Shown here in pieces: positions 22,099 through 32,787 of a DNA stretch of 64,000 nucleotides (the first letter of the stretch is position 1; each line of letters begins with the position of its first letter). Made by a program: the position numbers and the translations under genes. The DNA is taken from the NCBI GenBank assembly GCA_963763775.1, contig CAVXPZ010000001.1, positions 896,001 through 960,000 of the forward strand, read 5' to 3'. Below the pieces are notes generated by a model. That model searched no databases. It was not told the origin of the DNA and saw only the letters and a list, made by a program, of their open reading frames with translations. Source of the stretch: an uncultured Chloroflexia bacterium (GTDB lineage Bacteria; Chloroflexota; Limnocylindria; Limnocylindrales; CSP1-4).

Positions 22099-24695
22099 GG
22101 CGGGCCTTCGGCCGCCCGGAGGGTCCGGCTGAGCGAGGCCGCGAAGATCGCCCCGTGGTCGCCCTGGAAGATCGTCTCGTGGTCGACCGGCAGCGGCTCC
22201 CACGTCACATGCTCGGCGAGGCCCTCCCAGAACGTCCGCGGAACGTCGTAATCGCGCGACGTGAACACGACGAAGTCGCCGTCATACGGCATCAGGGCGT
22301 GGCCGCGCCGAGCGCGAGCGAGTTCGTCGAGGTAGCGGTCATGGTCGAGGGGGAGGCCCTCCGGGGGTGGCGTCAAGCGTTGCACGACGAGTCGGCCGAG
22401 GCCGCGGGCCGCGGTCCGAAACCCGCGACGCCGCAGGTGGAAGACGGCTCGTCGCCCGAAGTACGCCGGTCGGCCGGCGTACCAGCGCCAGTCGCGCGGC
22501 CGGTCGACGCGCGGGTCGACGAGCCCGAGCAGGCCGACCGCCTCGCCATCGGAACCGAGACGACGGGCCATCTCGATCGCAACGCGTCCACCCGAGCAGT
22601 AGCCGCCGATGTAGTAGGGGCCTTCCGGCTGGACCGTCCGAACTTCCGCCAGAAAGGCATCGGCGAGCCCGTCGATCGACGGCGGCAGGTTGCCGCCGTC
22701 GACGTTCATCGCGCGCAACCCGTAGAGCGGCTGCTCCGGGTCGAGCGTCCGTCGCAAGGCCGCGGGCCCGATGATCCCGTCGTCGATGTGCACGAAGAAG
22801 AACGGCGGGCGGGCACCCTCGGGCTGGATCGGGAGCAGGGCGGACGTGGGCGCCTGCCACGAGCCGGTGTCGAGGCCGCGCGCATAGCGCTCGATCGTCG
22901 GCGCCCAGAGGAAGGTCGCCAGCGGGAGGTCCTTGGTGCCGAGCCGTTCCCCGATCCGGACGACGATCATCGCGGCGAGCATCGAGTCGCCGCCGACCTC
23001 GAAGAAGTCGTCAAGGACCCCGACGGCGTCGAGGCCGAGCACATCCGACCAGATACTCGCGAGCTCGACCTCTGTCGCGGTGCGCGGCGCGACCCTGGGG
23101 GCCGCGGCTCGGGGCGGTCCCGCAGCACCGGCGCCCGTCGCCGTGCCGTCGTCCTTCGCGAGGCCGAGGCGTGCCGCCAGGCCGATGCGCTGGACCTTGC
23201 CCGTCGGTCCCTTCGGGATCTCGTGCACGATCCGGATCGCCCGCGGGACCTTGAAGTCGGCGAGCCGCTCCGCGAGATCCGCCTGCAGCGCCTGCTCGGT
23301 CAGGGTGGTCCCGTCTCGCGGGACCACGGCCGCGGCGACCTCCTCGCCCAGACGCGCATCCGGCATGGCGAAGACCACCGCTTGCGCCACACCGGGGATC
23401 GCGAGCAGCGCCTCCTCGACCTCGACCGGCGCGACCTTCTCGCCGCCGCGGTTGATGAGCTCCTTGAGCCGGCCGCGCAGGAAGAGATACCCCTCGTCGT
23501 CGAGCGTGCCCTGGTCGCCGGTGCGGAACCACCCGTTCACGAACGCGGTCGCGTTCGCCTCGGGGTTGGCGTCGTAGCCGTCGAAGACCGTCGCGCCGCG
23601 GATGCCCACCTCGCCGAGCGCCCCCGGCTCCAGGACGGCGCCCGTCGGGTCGAGGATCGCGAGATCGATGCCACTCGCCCGGCCGACGGAGCCGGGCTTG
23701 CGAACGCCCGGGGGGATCGGGTTCGTCGCCATCTGGTGGCTGGCCTCGGTCATCCCGTAGGCCTCGACGACGGGCGTCGCGAAGGTCGCCTCGAGCGCCT
23801 CCAGGGTCGCGATCGGCAGCGACGCCGACGACGACCGGATGAACCGGAGCGGCCGACGGTCGATGACCTCGCGATGGGCTGGCGCCCGAGCCAGCACGCC
23901 CTGGTGGATCGTGGGGACGGCCGTGTACCAGGTGGGTCGTTCGTGGTCGAGCCACTCGAAGAACTCGGTGGCGACGAAGCCGGGCGCCGCGACCAGGCTG
24001 CCCCCCGACGCGATCGTCGCGAGCCACGCGGCGACCAGGCCGTGGATGTGGAAGAGCGGCATCACGTTGAGGCAGCGGTCCGCCGGGGTCAGGCCCAGGC
24101 CGTCCGCGACGCTGCTCGCGGAGGCCGCCAGCCGCCCATGGGTGAGCGGCACGAGCTTGGGTCGGGCGGTCGTCCCCGAGGTATGGAGCAGCAGCGCGAC
24201 GTCGTTCGGCGAGGGTGGCGTCGACGGCTGTGCCGGTGCCGCCGGCATCGTGACCGCGGTCATCGGGCGGATGGAGACGGCGCCTGCCGTGCCGCCAGGT
24301 TCGCGGGCCATGGCCAGCACGGGGATGCCGAGACCCGCGGCGACCTCCGGTGCCGCGCTCTCGAGCCCATCCTGGACGATGACCATCGACGCGTGGAGAT
24401 CGTCGAGATAGAACGCGAGCTCGTCGCGACGGTAGGCGGGGTTCAACGGCGCCGCGACGGCCGCGGCGGTGATCCCGAGGAAGGCCACGGCGGCCTCCGG
24501 GCCATTGCCCGTGACGAGGGCCACGCGATCCGTGCGGCCCGCCCCGGCGGCCGCAAGACTCGCCGCCACGTCGCCGACGATATCGGCGAGTCGGGTGAAC
24601 GAGGTGGGCGGCAGGCCGGGCGCCAGGAGGGCGGCTCCGCCCGGATCGCGCTCGGCCGACGCCGCCACGAGGTCCGGGATCGTCGTCATGGGCAT
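22095..24695 (-). CDS. Stand-alone NRPS-like A-T-TE protein; A domain resembles oxalate-CoA ligase (AAE3/Pcs60)
   Basis: HTSGTTARPK, MPLFHIHGL, FIRSSSASL, EAYGMTEASHQM, FRTGDQG, NRGGEK, PKGPTGKVQR; carrier domain FFEVGGDSM; thioesterase PPFFFVH...GGYCSGG...LVDP...DHETI. Confidence 0.92.
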   Translation of the reverse strand: MPMTTIPDLVAASAERDPGGAALLAPGLPPTSFTRLADIVGDVAASLAAAGAGRTDRVALVTGNGPEAAVAFLGITAAAVAAPLNPAYRRDELAFYLDDLHASMVIVQDGLESAAPEVAAGLGIPVLAMAREPGGTAGAVSIRPMTAVTMPAAPAQPSTPPSPNDVALLLHTSGTTARPKLVPLTHGRLAASASSVADGLGLTPADRCLNVMPLFHIHGLVAAWLATIASGGSLVAAPGFVATEFFEWLDHERPTWYTAVPTIHQGVLARAPAHREVIDRRPLRFIRSSSASLPIATLEALEATFATPVVEAYGMTEASHQMATNPIPPGVRKPGSVGRASGIDLAILDPTGAVLEPGALGEVGIRGATVFDGYDANPEANATAFVNGWFRTGDQGTLDDEGYLFLRGRLKELINRGGEKVAPVEVEEALLAIPGVAQAVVFAMPDARLGEEVAAAVVPRDGTTLTEQALQADLAERLADFKVPRAIRIVHEIPKGPTGKVQRIGLAARLGLAKDDGTATGAGAAGPPRAAAPRVAPRTATEVELASIWSDVLGLDAVGVLDDFFEVGGDSMLAAMIVVRIGERLGTKDLPLATFLWAPTIERYARGLDTGSWQAPTSALLPIQPEGARPPFFFVHIDDGIIGPAALRRTLDPEQPLYGLRAMNVDGGNLPPSIDGLADAFLAEVRTVQPEGPYYIGGYCSGGRVAIEMARRLGSDGEAVGLLGLVDPRVDRPRDWRWYAGRPAYFGRRAVFHLRRRGFRTAARGLGRLVVQRLTPPPEGLPLDHDRYLDELARARRGHALMPYDGDFVVFTSRDYDVPRTFWEGLAEHVTWEPLPVDHETIFQGDHGAIFAASLSRTLRAAEGPP

Positions 24696-24768
24696 GCCCC
24701 GAGGATAGGCGGCCGGGCTCGAACCGTATACTCGGTCCCCCGCCCAGCCATCTCGGAGTCACGCACCG

Positions 24769-26053
24769 ATGTCGACCCCCGGCACCGCATCGTCCTCGAA
24801 CCTGACGCCCGTCCTGGGGCGCTACTACCAACGCGACTGGAGCCACGGGTCCGGACATCGCCTGTATGACACGGACGGGCGCGCGTACCTCGACTTCGCC
24901 AACGGGATCGCCGTCTCGGCGCTGGGGCACGTCCACCCGAAGGTGACGGCCGCGATCCATGCACAGGTCGACCGGCTCATCGGCCCGATCAACGCCCTGG
25001 GCTTCGCGGAGCCGGTCTCGCGCCTCGCGACCGAGCTCGCGGCGACGTTCCCGGAGCCACTGGATTCCGTGATGTTCCTCAACTCCGGGTCCGAGGCCAT
25101 CGACGGGGCGCTCAAGCTGGCGCGGCGGGTGACCGGCCGGCCCGGGATCATCGCGTTCCGTGGCGGGTTCCACGGCCGGACCTTCGGGGCCACGAGCGTC
25201 ACCACGTCGAACCTGAACTACCGGACCGGCTACGAGCCGCTGCTCCCTGGCGTCTACTTCGCCCCGTTCCCGAACGCGTACGACGACTTCGCGGGCGACG
25301 ACGCCCAGGCCAGCGAGACGTGCCTCTCGATCCTTCGATCGCTGCTGGAGACGATCATCGCGCCGTCGAAGGTGGCGGCGATCCTCATCGAGCCCATCCA
25401 GGGCGAGGGCGGCTTCATCCCGGCGCCGGCGGCCTTCCTCCAGGGCCTGCGAGCGCTCTGCGACGAGCACGGGATCCTGCTGATCGCCGACGAGATCCAG
25501 TCGGGCTACGGGCGGACCGGGCGGATGTGGGCCTTCGAGCACGCCGCGATCGTCCCGGACATCGTGACGGTGGCCAAGGCCATCGCGAACGGCCTGCCGT
25601 TGTCGGCCATCGTGTCGTCACGCGAGCTCCAGGAGCGATGGGGCCGAGGCGCGCACGGCTCCACGTATGGCGGCAACCCGGTCGCCTGTGCCGCCGGCCT
25701 CGCCGTCCTCGAGACCATCCAGGGCGAAGGGCTCATCGCGAACGCCGCGATCCGCGGCGCCGAGCTGAGCGCGGGACTCGCCGCGATCGCGGCCGAGGAC
25801 GAGCGGATCGGCGACATCCGCGGACCAGGTCTGATGGTCGGCGTGGAATTCGTCCGCGACCGGGCGACCCGGGAGCGCGATGGCGACCTGCCGGACCGTC
25901 TGATGGCCGCCTGCGCCGATGCCGGCCTGCTCGTGCTCACGTGCGGGTCCCAGCACGAGACGATCCGCTGGATCCCGCCGCTCGATGTCAGCGCGGCCGA
26001 AGATCGCCGAGGCGGTCGAGATCTTCGGGGACACCCTCTCGCGGTTGCGCTAA
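24769..26053 (+). CDS. Class III PLP aminotransferase (4-aminobutyrate/acetylornithine aminotransferase-like; frameshift near 25998)
   Basis: NSGSEA, FHGRT, EPIQGEGG, DEIQSGYGRTG, VAKAIANG, HGSTYGGNP; shifted frame ends at TAA 26053. Confidence 0.92.
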
Positions 26054-26182
26054 GGGTCTTCGGCCGCCGCGCGCCGGCGTCACGGCTCGGGACGCGAACG
26101 AGCGCCCGTACCCACGCGGGTCGGGCGCTCGGCGTGCGCGGAACGTCGACGACGGATCGGACCAGGGTCCGACCCGAAACGG

Positions 26183-26377
26183 TCAGCGGTTCTGCGACAG
26201 GAACTTCATCACGTCATCGAGCCGGAACCGGCGGTCCCCGCGCTTGCAGACGCGATAGAACGGCAGCTCGCCACGATCGCCTAGACGCTTCACGGTATTG
26301 ACGTGGAGGTGGAGCATCTCGGCGACTTCGGTCGCAGTGAGCATCGGTCCAAGTTCGTTGACGGCCATCGATGCCAT
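26183..26377 (-). CDS. Small MerR-like/excisionase-family HTH DNA-binding protein (BldC-like)
   Basis: MLTATEVAEMLHLHVNTVKRLGDRGELPFYRVCKRGDRRFRLDDV; GAGG RBS. Confidence 0.88.
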   Translation of the reverse strand: MASMAVNELGPMLTATEVAEMLHLHVNTVKRLGDRGELPFYRVCKRGDRRFRLDDVMKFLSQNR

Positions 26378-26569
26378 ACGGTCGTTGCCTCAGTTCTGCG
26401 CACTTCTCGGCGGTTCCGGACCCCTGGGGTGGCCAGGGGTAGGGTTCGGCCCGCTGCGAGGCAGAGCGTAGGAGTGCGGTGGGTGCACCGCCAAGCCGTA
26501 CTTTGGAGTACCCGCGAGTACCACGGTCGGGTCCGGTGTGGTCTCCCGCCCGCCGACCGTGGGTCCCGC

Positions 26570-27778
26570 TCAGCCGCCGTCGCCTCTCCCTACCGGGTAC
26601 GCATCCGTGGTATCCGGCGCGTCCGCGACGATCGTGATCTCGATCGTCGGGAGCCGCTCCAGGATCCGGTCGGCCAGCGACGAGCGCCGCATCCGGTCCA
26701 GCGCGCTCGACGTCCGATGCGGCATGACCAGCCGCGTGACGCGTCGGCTGCGGGCCACCATGACGATCCCGTCGGCGACATCGGCCGACTCGACCGTGAC
26801 GATCTCGGCCCCGAGGTCCGTCGCGTCGTCGCGAAACTCGCGCAACCGCCGGGTCCGCTCGGATGGCGCGCCGGCGTCGGCCGGCGTCTCCACGAGGACC
26901 GCGAGGAGGGGCGCCCGAAGGATGGCCGCGGTCGCGGCGGCCCGGCGAAGCGCCCGCGGTGTCGCGGGCGACGAGTCCACGAGGACCAGGACACGCTCGC
27001 TGACCGTCTGGAGCAGCCGCTCGCTGCCGATGTCCTCGAGCTGGGCGTCGACCCGGCCCGCAACGAACCGCAGGGCCAGCTCCCGCAGGGCCGTCAGATT
27101 GCCTTCGGTGAAGAACCGGTCGAGGGCGATCCTGGCCCGGTCCTCGGGATACACGTTCCCGTGGCGCATCCGCTGGCGAAGGGCGAACGGGCTCATGTCG
27201 ACGAGCTCGACCTCGTCCGCTGCCGCGAGCACCTCGTCCGGGATGCGCTCGTTGACCGGCGCGCCGGTGATCGTCGCCACCGCGTCGGCGACCGACTCGA
27301 GATGCTGGATGTTGCAGGTGCTCACGACGTCGATCCCGGCGTCGAGGAGCACGCCGACATCCTCCCAGCGCTTGTCGCGCGCCGAGCCAGGCGCGTTCGT
27401 GTGGGCGAGCTCGTCCACCAGGGCCACGGTCGGACGTCGCACGATCACGGCGTCGGTGTCCATCTCCTCGACGACGACGCCGCGGTACTCCACGCGGCGG
27501 CGCGGGACGATCTCGAGTCCGTCCAGCAGTCTCGCGGTCTCGGGCCGACCGTGGGACTCCACGAAGCCGACGACCAGGTCCGTCCCGCGCGCCGTCCTCC
27601 GGTGGCCCTCCTCGAGCATCCGGTACGTCTTGCCGACGCCGGGGGCCATCCCGAGGTAGACGCGCAGTCGACCGCGACCGTCGGCCTGTCGTTCCGCGCC
27701 CCTCGTTCGGGCGAGCATCTCGTCGGCGGTCGGACGTCGGTCGCCGTCGGACCGGTCCGAGCGGTCGCGCTCGGTCAT
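26570..27778 (-). CDS. kdpD: KdpD N-terminal cytoplasmic sensor (KdpD + Usp domains, no kinase)
   Basis: GRLRVYLGMAPGVGKTYRML, LVDELAHTN, NIQHLES, GNLTALRELAL; C-terminal Usp-like domain. Confidence 0.92.
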   Translation of the reverse strand: MTERDRSDRSDGDRRPTADEMLARTRGAERQADGRGRLRVYLGMAPGVGKTYRMLEEGHRRTARGTDLVVGFVESHGRPETARLLDGLEIVPRRRVEYRGVVVEEMDTDAVIVRRPTVALVDELAHTNAPGSARDKRWEDVGVLLDAGIDVVSTCNIQHLESVADAVATITGAPVNERIPDEVLAAADEVELVDMSPFALRQRMRHGNVYPEDRARIALDRFFTEGNLTALRELALRFVAGRVDAQLEDIGSERLLQTVSERVLVLVDSSPATPRALRRAAATAAILRAPLLAVLVETPADAGAPSERTRRLREFRDDATDLGAEIVTVESADVADGIVMVARSRRVTRLVMPHRTSSALDRMRRSSLADRILERLPTIEITIVADAPDTTDAYPVGRGDGG

Positions 27779-28356
27779 CGCAGGAGCCCGTCCAGGTCGA
27801 GATTCAGCTCCAGGACGTTGACCCGGGGCTGCCCCAGGAACCCCAGGAGCGGCTGGGTCGTGTGTCGCGCCACGGCGGCGCGAACGTCGTCCTCGCTGAT
27901 CCCTCGCGTCTTCGCGACGCGGGCCACCTGGTACTCGGCGCCGGCCGGGCTGATGTCCGCGTCGAGCCCGGAGGCGGACGTCGTCACGAGGTCGACCGGG
28001 ATCGGGGCGTCGCCGTTCGCGGCCCGGAAGTCGTCGATGGACGTCTGGATCCGGTCGATCAGGTCCTGGTTGGTCGGACCGAGGTTCGAGCCGGCTGACG
28101 CGTTCGCGTCGTAGCCGTCGCTCCCGGCCGCGGACAGGCGCCCGGAGAAGTACTTCGGGTCGTCGAAGGCCTGACCGATCAGGGTGGACCCGATCGCCGT
28201 TCCGTCGACCACGATCAACGAGCCGTTGGCCTGGTGCGGGAACGCGACCTGGGCCAGCCCCGTGATGACGACGGGGTAGACGATCCCGACGAGGAGGGTG
28301 ATGAGCAGCAGCAGGGCCGCGGCCGGGTAGAGCTGGTGGCGGAGGAAGGTGGTCAT
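27775..28356 (-). CDS. kdpC: K+-transporting ATPase subunit C
   Basis: FPHQANGS, GSNLGPTN, DLVTTSASGLD, RVNVLELNLDLD. Confidence 0.96.
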   Translation of the reverse strand: MTTFLRHQLYPAAALLLLITLLVGIVYPVVITGLAQVAFPHQANGSLIVVDGTAIGSTLIGQAFDDPKYFSGRLSAAGSDGYDANASAGSNLGPTNQDLIDRIQTSIDDFRAANGDAPIPVDLVTTSASGLDADISPAGAEYQVARVAKTRGISEDDVRAAVARHTTQPLLGFLGQPRVNVLELNLDLDGLLR

Positions 28357-28368
28357 TCGTCGGTCGTC

Positions 28369-30516
28369 CTAGGCGATGTTCAAGGCGGTGAGGAGCATGT
28401 CGATCAGCTTGATCCCCACGAACGGAGCGAGGATGCCGCCGAGCCCGTAGATCAGCAGGTTGCGCTGGAGCAGCGCGCTCGCGGGCGCGGCCCGGAAGGC
28501 GACGCCGCGAAGGGCCAATGGGATGAGTGCCACGATGATCAGGGCGTTGAAGATCACGGCGGCCAGGATCGCGCTCTGGGGTGTCGAGAGCCCCATGACG
28601 TTGAGCGCGTTCAGCTCCGGGTAGACCGTGACGAAGATCGCCGGGATGATCGCGAAGTACTTCGCGAGATCGTTCGCGATCGAGAACGTGGTGATCGCCC
28701 CGCGCGTGATCAGGAGCTGCTTCCCGATCGCGATGACCTCGATGAGCTTGGTGGGGTCCGAGTCGAGGTCGACCATGTTGGCCGCTTCCTTCGAGGCCGA
28801 GGTGCCGCTGTTCATCGCGAGCCCCACGTCGGCCTGCGCGAGCGCCGGCGCGTCGTTCGTGCCGTCACCGGTCATCGCGACGAGGTGCCCGTCCGCCTGC
28901 TCGCGGCGGATGATGGCGATCTTGTCCTCGGGCTTGGCCTCGGCCACGAAGTCGTCGACGCCGGCCTCGGCGGCGATCGTCTTCGCGGTCAGCGGGTTGT
29001 CGCCGGTGATCATGATCGTGCGGATGCCCATCCGGCGGAGCTCCGCGAAACGCTCCGCGAGCCCCGGCTTCACGGTGTCCTTGAGCTCGATGACGCCGAG
29101 CGCTCGACCGTGGCGGCTGATCGCGAGCGGTGTCGCCCCGAGACCGGCGACCTCGTCGCTGACGGCGCCCAGCTCGGGCGGGGGCGCGACCGTCAGGCCG
29201 GCGACGATCGCGTCGACCGCGCCCTTGAGGATCGTGCTGCCGTCGTCGAGCCGGACGCCGCTGGCGCGCGCCTCCGCGGTGAACGGGATCGACTCGACGA
29301 TGGCGTTCTTGAGCGCCGCGTCGTCGACGGAGCCGCCGAGCTCGGCGAGCCGCGCATGGGCGAGGGTCACGATCGACCGGCCCTCGGGGGTCTCGTCGTC
29401 CAGCGAGGCCTGCAAGGCGGCCGTCACGACCTCGGCCTCGTCCGCGCCGGGCATCGGGACGATGCGCGACGCGAGCCGATTGCCGAACGTGATCGTGCCG
29501 GTCTTGTCGAGGAGGATCACGTCGACGTCGCCCGATGCCTCGACGGCCCGCCCGCTCATGGCCAGGACGTTGAAGCGCGCGACGCGGTCCATCCCGGCGA
29601 TCCCGATCGCCGAGAGCAGCCCGCCGATCGTGGTCGGGATGAGGCAGACGAGGAGGGCGATGAGAGCGACCGTGTCCACGGTGGCGCCGGCGTACAGCCC
29701 GAACGGCCGCAACGTCACCGTGGCCATCAGGAAGACGATCGTGAGGCCCGACAACAGGATGGCCAGGGCGATCTCGTTGGGCGTCCGCTGACGCTTCGCG
29801 CCCTCGACGAGGGCGATCATCCGGTCGAGGAAGGTCTCGCCCGGATCGGCGGTGATCCGGATGACCAGCGAGTCACTCGTGAGCTGGGTGCCGCCCGTCA
29901 CCGAGCTGCGGATATCCGTGCCCGGCTCCTTGAGGACGGGGGCGGATTCGCCGGTGATCGCGGACTCGTTGACGTAGGCGACGCCCTCGATGACGTCCCC
30001 GTCGCCGGGGATCGTCTCGGGCTCGCGCACGACGACGATGTCGCCCTTGCGCAGCTCCGAGGAGCCGATGTCCTCGATCGTGCCGTCGGCGCGCGGCGGT
30101 GGGCTGTCGTCTCGGACCGAGTCCGACGAAGCGTCGCGGCCTGCGCCCGGCCGCGCGCCTCGGCGACGGCCTCGGCATACGTGGCGAACAGGACCGTGAA
30201 CCACAGCCACGCGGCGATCTGGACCTGGAAGCCGAGGCCATCGGGCCCGCGTCACCGGCTGGAGACCGGTCACGTTCGCGATCGCGATGATCGTCACCAG
30301 CGCGGCCGTGAGCTCGACGACGAACATGACCGGGTTCCGGATGAGCTGCCGCGGATCGAGCTTGCGGATCGACTGGGGCAGGGCGGCCCGGAGCAGGTCC
30401 GGATCGAAGACGCCACGCGGCTTCGGCGGTTCGCCACTGGGTTTCGCGCCCCCGAGGGAGATGGATCGCTGGAAGCGGCGTGTGCCGCGTCCGAGGTCGA
30501 CGGAGAAGAGCGTCAT
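28369..30516 (-). CDS. kdpB: K+-transporting P-type ATPase subunit B (compensating frameshifts near 30245 and 30095)
   Basis: [47 protein letters not shown]. Confidence 0.95.
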   Translation of the reverse strand: MTLFSVDLGRGTRRFQRSISLGGAKPSGEPPKPRGVFDPDLLRAALPQSIRKLDPRQLIRNPVMFVVELTAALVTIIAIANVTGLQPVTRARWPRLPGPDRRVAVVHGPVRHVCRGRRRGARPGAGRDASSDSVRDDSPPPRADGTIEDIGSSELRKGDIVVVREPETIPGDGDVIEGVAYVNESAITGESAPVLKEPGTDIRSSVTGGTQLTSDSLVIRITADPGETFLDRMIALVEGAKRQRTPNEIALAILLSGLTIVFLMATVTLRPFGLYAGATVDTVALIALLVCLIPTTIGGLLSAIGIAGMDRVARFNVLAMSGRAVEASGDVDVILLDKTGTITFGNRLASRIVPMPGADEAEVVTAALQASLDDETPEGRSIVTLAHARLAELGGSVDDAALKNAIVESIPFTAEARASGVRLDDGSTILKGAVDAIVAGLTVAPPPELGAVSDEVAGLGATPLAISRHGRALGVIELKDTVKPGLAERFAELRRMGIRTIMITGDNPLTAKTIAAEAGVDDFVAEAKPEDKIAIIRREQADGHLVAMTGDGTNDAPALAQADVGLAMNSGTSASKEAANMVDLDSDPTKLIEVIAIGKQLLITRGAITTFSIANDLAKYFAIIPAIFVTVYPELNALNVMGLSTPQSAILAAVIFNALIIVALIPLALRGVAFRAAPASALLQRNLLIYGLGGILAPFVGIKLIDMLLTALNIA

Positions 30517-30518
30517 GG

Positions 30519-32229
30519 TCAGGAGGGCCCTCCGGCGTTCTGCATGAGCTGCTCCACGATCGGACCCAGCGCGAGGGCCGGGAAGAACGTCAACGCGCCG
30601 ACGATGAGGATCACGCCGATGAGGAGCACGACGAAGAGCGGGCCGGTCGTCGGGAATGTCCCGAGCGATGGGGCGACGCGTCGCTTGGCCGCCATGGATC
30701 CCGCGAGGGCCAGGACCGGGATGATCATCCCGTAGCGGCCGAGCAGCATCGCGAAAGCGCCCGTGAGGTTGTAGAAGGGGGTGTTGCCGGTCAGGCCGGC
30801 AAACGCGGATCCGTTGTTGCCGGTCTGGCTGCTGAACGCGTACAGGATCTCGCTGAACCCATGCGGGCCGGGGTTGAGCGGACCGGCCAGGCCCTCGGGG
30901 GTCACCGAGGCGAGCGCGGTGAAGCCGAGGATGCTCGCCCCGAGGACCAGGACGACGAGCATCGTCATCTTCATCTCGAAGGCTTCGACCTTCTTGCCGA
31001 GGTACTCCGGGGTCCGCCCGACCATCAGGCCAGCGATGAACACGGCCAGGATGGCGCCGATCACGAGCATGCCGTACAGCCCGGCGCCGATGCCGCCCGG
31101 CGTGATCTCGCCCAGTTCGATGTTGAACAGGGGAACGAGCCCGCCGATCGGCTGGAAGCTGTCGTGCCAGGCGTTGATCGCGCCCGTGCTCGTGCTCGTC
31201 GTGATCGCCGCGAACAGGGCGCCGACGCCGGCACCGAACTTGAGCTCCTTCCCCTCCATGTTGCCGAGGGACTGGTCGAGGCCCGTCGGGTAGAGCGGGT
31301 TCGGGGTGGTCTCCGCGTGGATCGCGACGACCGCGCCGACCAGGAAGACGAGGGCCATCGCGCCGAAGATGACCCAGCCCTGACGCTGGTCCTTCGCGTA
31401 CCGGCCGAACGTGAACGTCAGGGAGAAGGGCACCGCGAACATCAGGATCATCTCGAAGAGGTTCGTCAGTGGGGTCGGGTTTTCGAACGGGTGAGACGAG
31501 TTGGCGTTGAGGAAGCCGCCACCGTTGTTGCCGAGTTCCTTGATGACTTCCTGGGTCGCGATCGGGCCTCGGGCGATGATCTGCTCGATGCCCTGCAGGG
31601 TCGTGACGTTGGCGGGTCCTTCGAAGGTCTGCGGGACGCCCTGCCAGACGAAGATCAGGGCCACCACGACCGAGATCGGCAGGAGGATGTAGAGGATGCC
31701 GCGCGTCAGGTCGACCCAGTAGTTGCCGATCGTCGACGAGGTGCGGCGCGTGAGGCCGCGGACGAGGGCGATCGCGACGGCCAGACCGGTCGCCGCGGAT
31801 GTGAAGTTGCGGACCGCGAGCATCGCCATCTGGGTGAGATAGCTGGCGCCCGTCTCGCCGCTGTAGTTCTGCCAGTTGGTGTTCGTCTCGAAGCTGATCG
31901 AGGTGTTGAAGGCCAGGTCGGGCGATTGCGCGGCGGCCGCCCCGGGGTTCAGCGGGAGGACGTCCTGCAGCCGCAGCATCACGTAGCCGACGACGATCGC
32001 GATGACGGCCATGAGGACGACCGACACCGCGTAGCCCTTCCAGCCCTGCTCGACCGTCTCGTCGATCCGAGCGACGCGGTAGATCCCTCGCTCGAGCGGG
32101 CGGAGGACCGGACTGAGGATCGTGCGCTCGCCCTCCATGACGCGAGCGATGTAGCCCCCGAGGAACGGCGTGATCAGGATGACCGCGCCGAAGAAGACGA
32201 CGAGGGTCAGGAAGATCGGAGATGGGCAC
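30519..32229 (-). CDS. kdpA: K+-transporting ATPase subunit A (frameshift in the first codons)
   Basis: TNTNWQNYSGE, LGNNGGGF..ANSSHPFENP, GRTPEYLGKK, NNGSAFAGL, FFPALALGPIVE. Confidence 0.95.
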
Positions 32230-32231
32230 GC

Positions 32232-32321
32232 CTAGAGGTCCTCCGGGCGCAGCAGCGCCCACAGCAGGTAGACGAAGAGGAAGACGACCAGGAGCGCGGT
32301 CAGGACCTCGAGCGCGTTCAT
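32232..32321 (-). CDS. kdpF: KdpF small subunit
   Basis: Manual translation MNALEVLTALLVVFLFVYLLWALLRPEDL*, with the YL..ALLRPE signature directly upstream of kdpA. Confidence 0.92.
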   Translation of the reverse strand: MNALEVLTALLVVFLFVYLLWALLRPEDL

Positions 32322-32407
32322 CGGCCGACCCGGTCGCACAGCGCGATGTAGCTGCCCAGCAGGAGGACGCAGACGACGAGGATCAGAAGGATCTGGAGAT
32401 CGGTCAT
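32318..32407 (-). CDS. 29-aa membrane peptide (KdpG/KdpZ-like)
   Basis: MTDLQILLILVVCVLLLGSYIALCDRVGR*; ATGA overlaps on both sides. Confidence 0.75.
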   Translation of the reverse strand: MTDLQILLILVVCVLLLGSYIALCDRVGR

Positions 32408-32787
32408 GCTTCCGAGGGCTCCTTGTTGATCAGGCGATCGATCGTGGATCGCAGGGTGTCGAGGGCGAAGGGCTTGGGCAGGTAGCCGGCGACGTCGAAC
32501 TCTCGAAGCCGGGCGGAGCTCACGGACATCGCGCTCGCGACGACCACCGGCGGTCGGCCGGCGTCCTCGTAGGCCTGGCTCCGCAGGACCGACCAGCCGG
32601 TGTCGCCCGGCAGATTGATATCGAGGAGAAGCAGGTCCGGGCGAGGTCCGTCGGCGAGTCGCGCCATGGCCGCCTCGGCCGTCGGCGCGACCGTCACGAG
32701 ATAGCCGTGCGCGTCGAGATGGGCCGCCAGCAGCCGCGACAGCGGCTCGTCGTCCTCGACCAGCAGGAGGTGTGACCCACTCGTCAT
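32404..32787 (-). CDS. Single-domain response regulator (receiver only)
   Basis: LLLVEDD, PDLLLLDINLPG, VVASA, YLPKPF. Confidence 0.9.
   Translation of the reverse strand: MTSGSHLLLVEDDEPLSRLLAAHLDAHGYLVTVAPTAEAAMARLADGPRPDLLLLDINLPGDTGWSVLRSQAYEDAGRPPVVVASAMSVSSARLREFDVAGYLPKPFALDTLRSTIDRLINKEPSEA

Noticed and set aside
20224-22203. Apparent PPTase / acyl-CoA dehydrogenase fusion (659 aa)
   Set aside because: Caused by a frameshift near 21550; the dehydrogenase has its own GGAGG RBS and TTG start, and the PPTase ends at 21453 in another frame.
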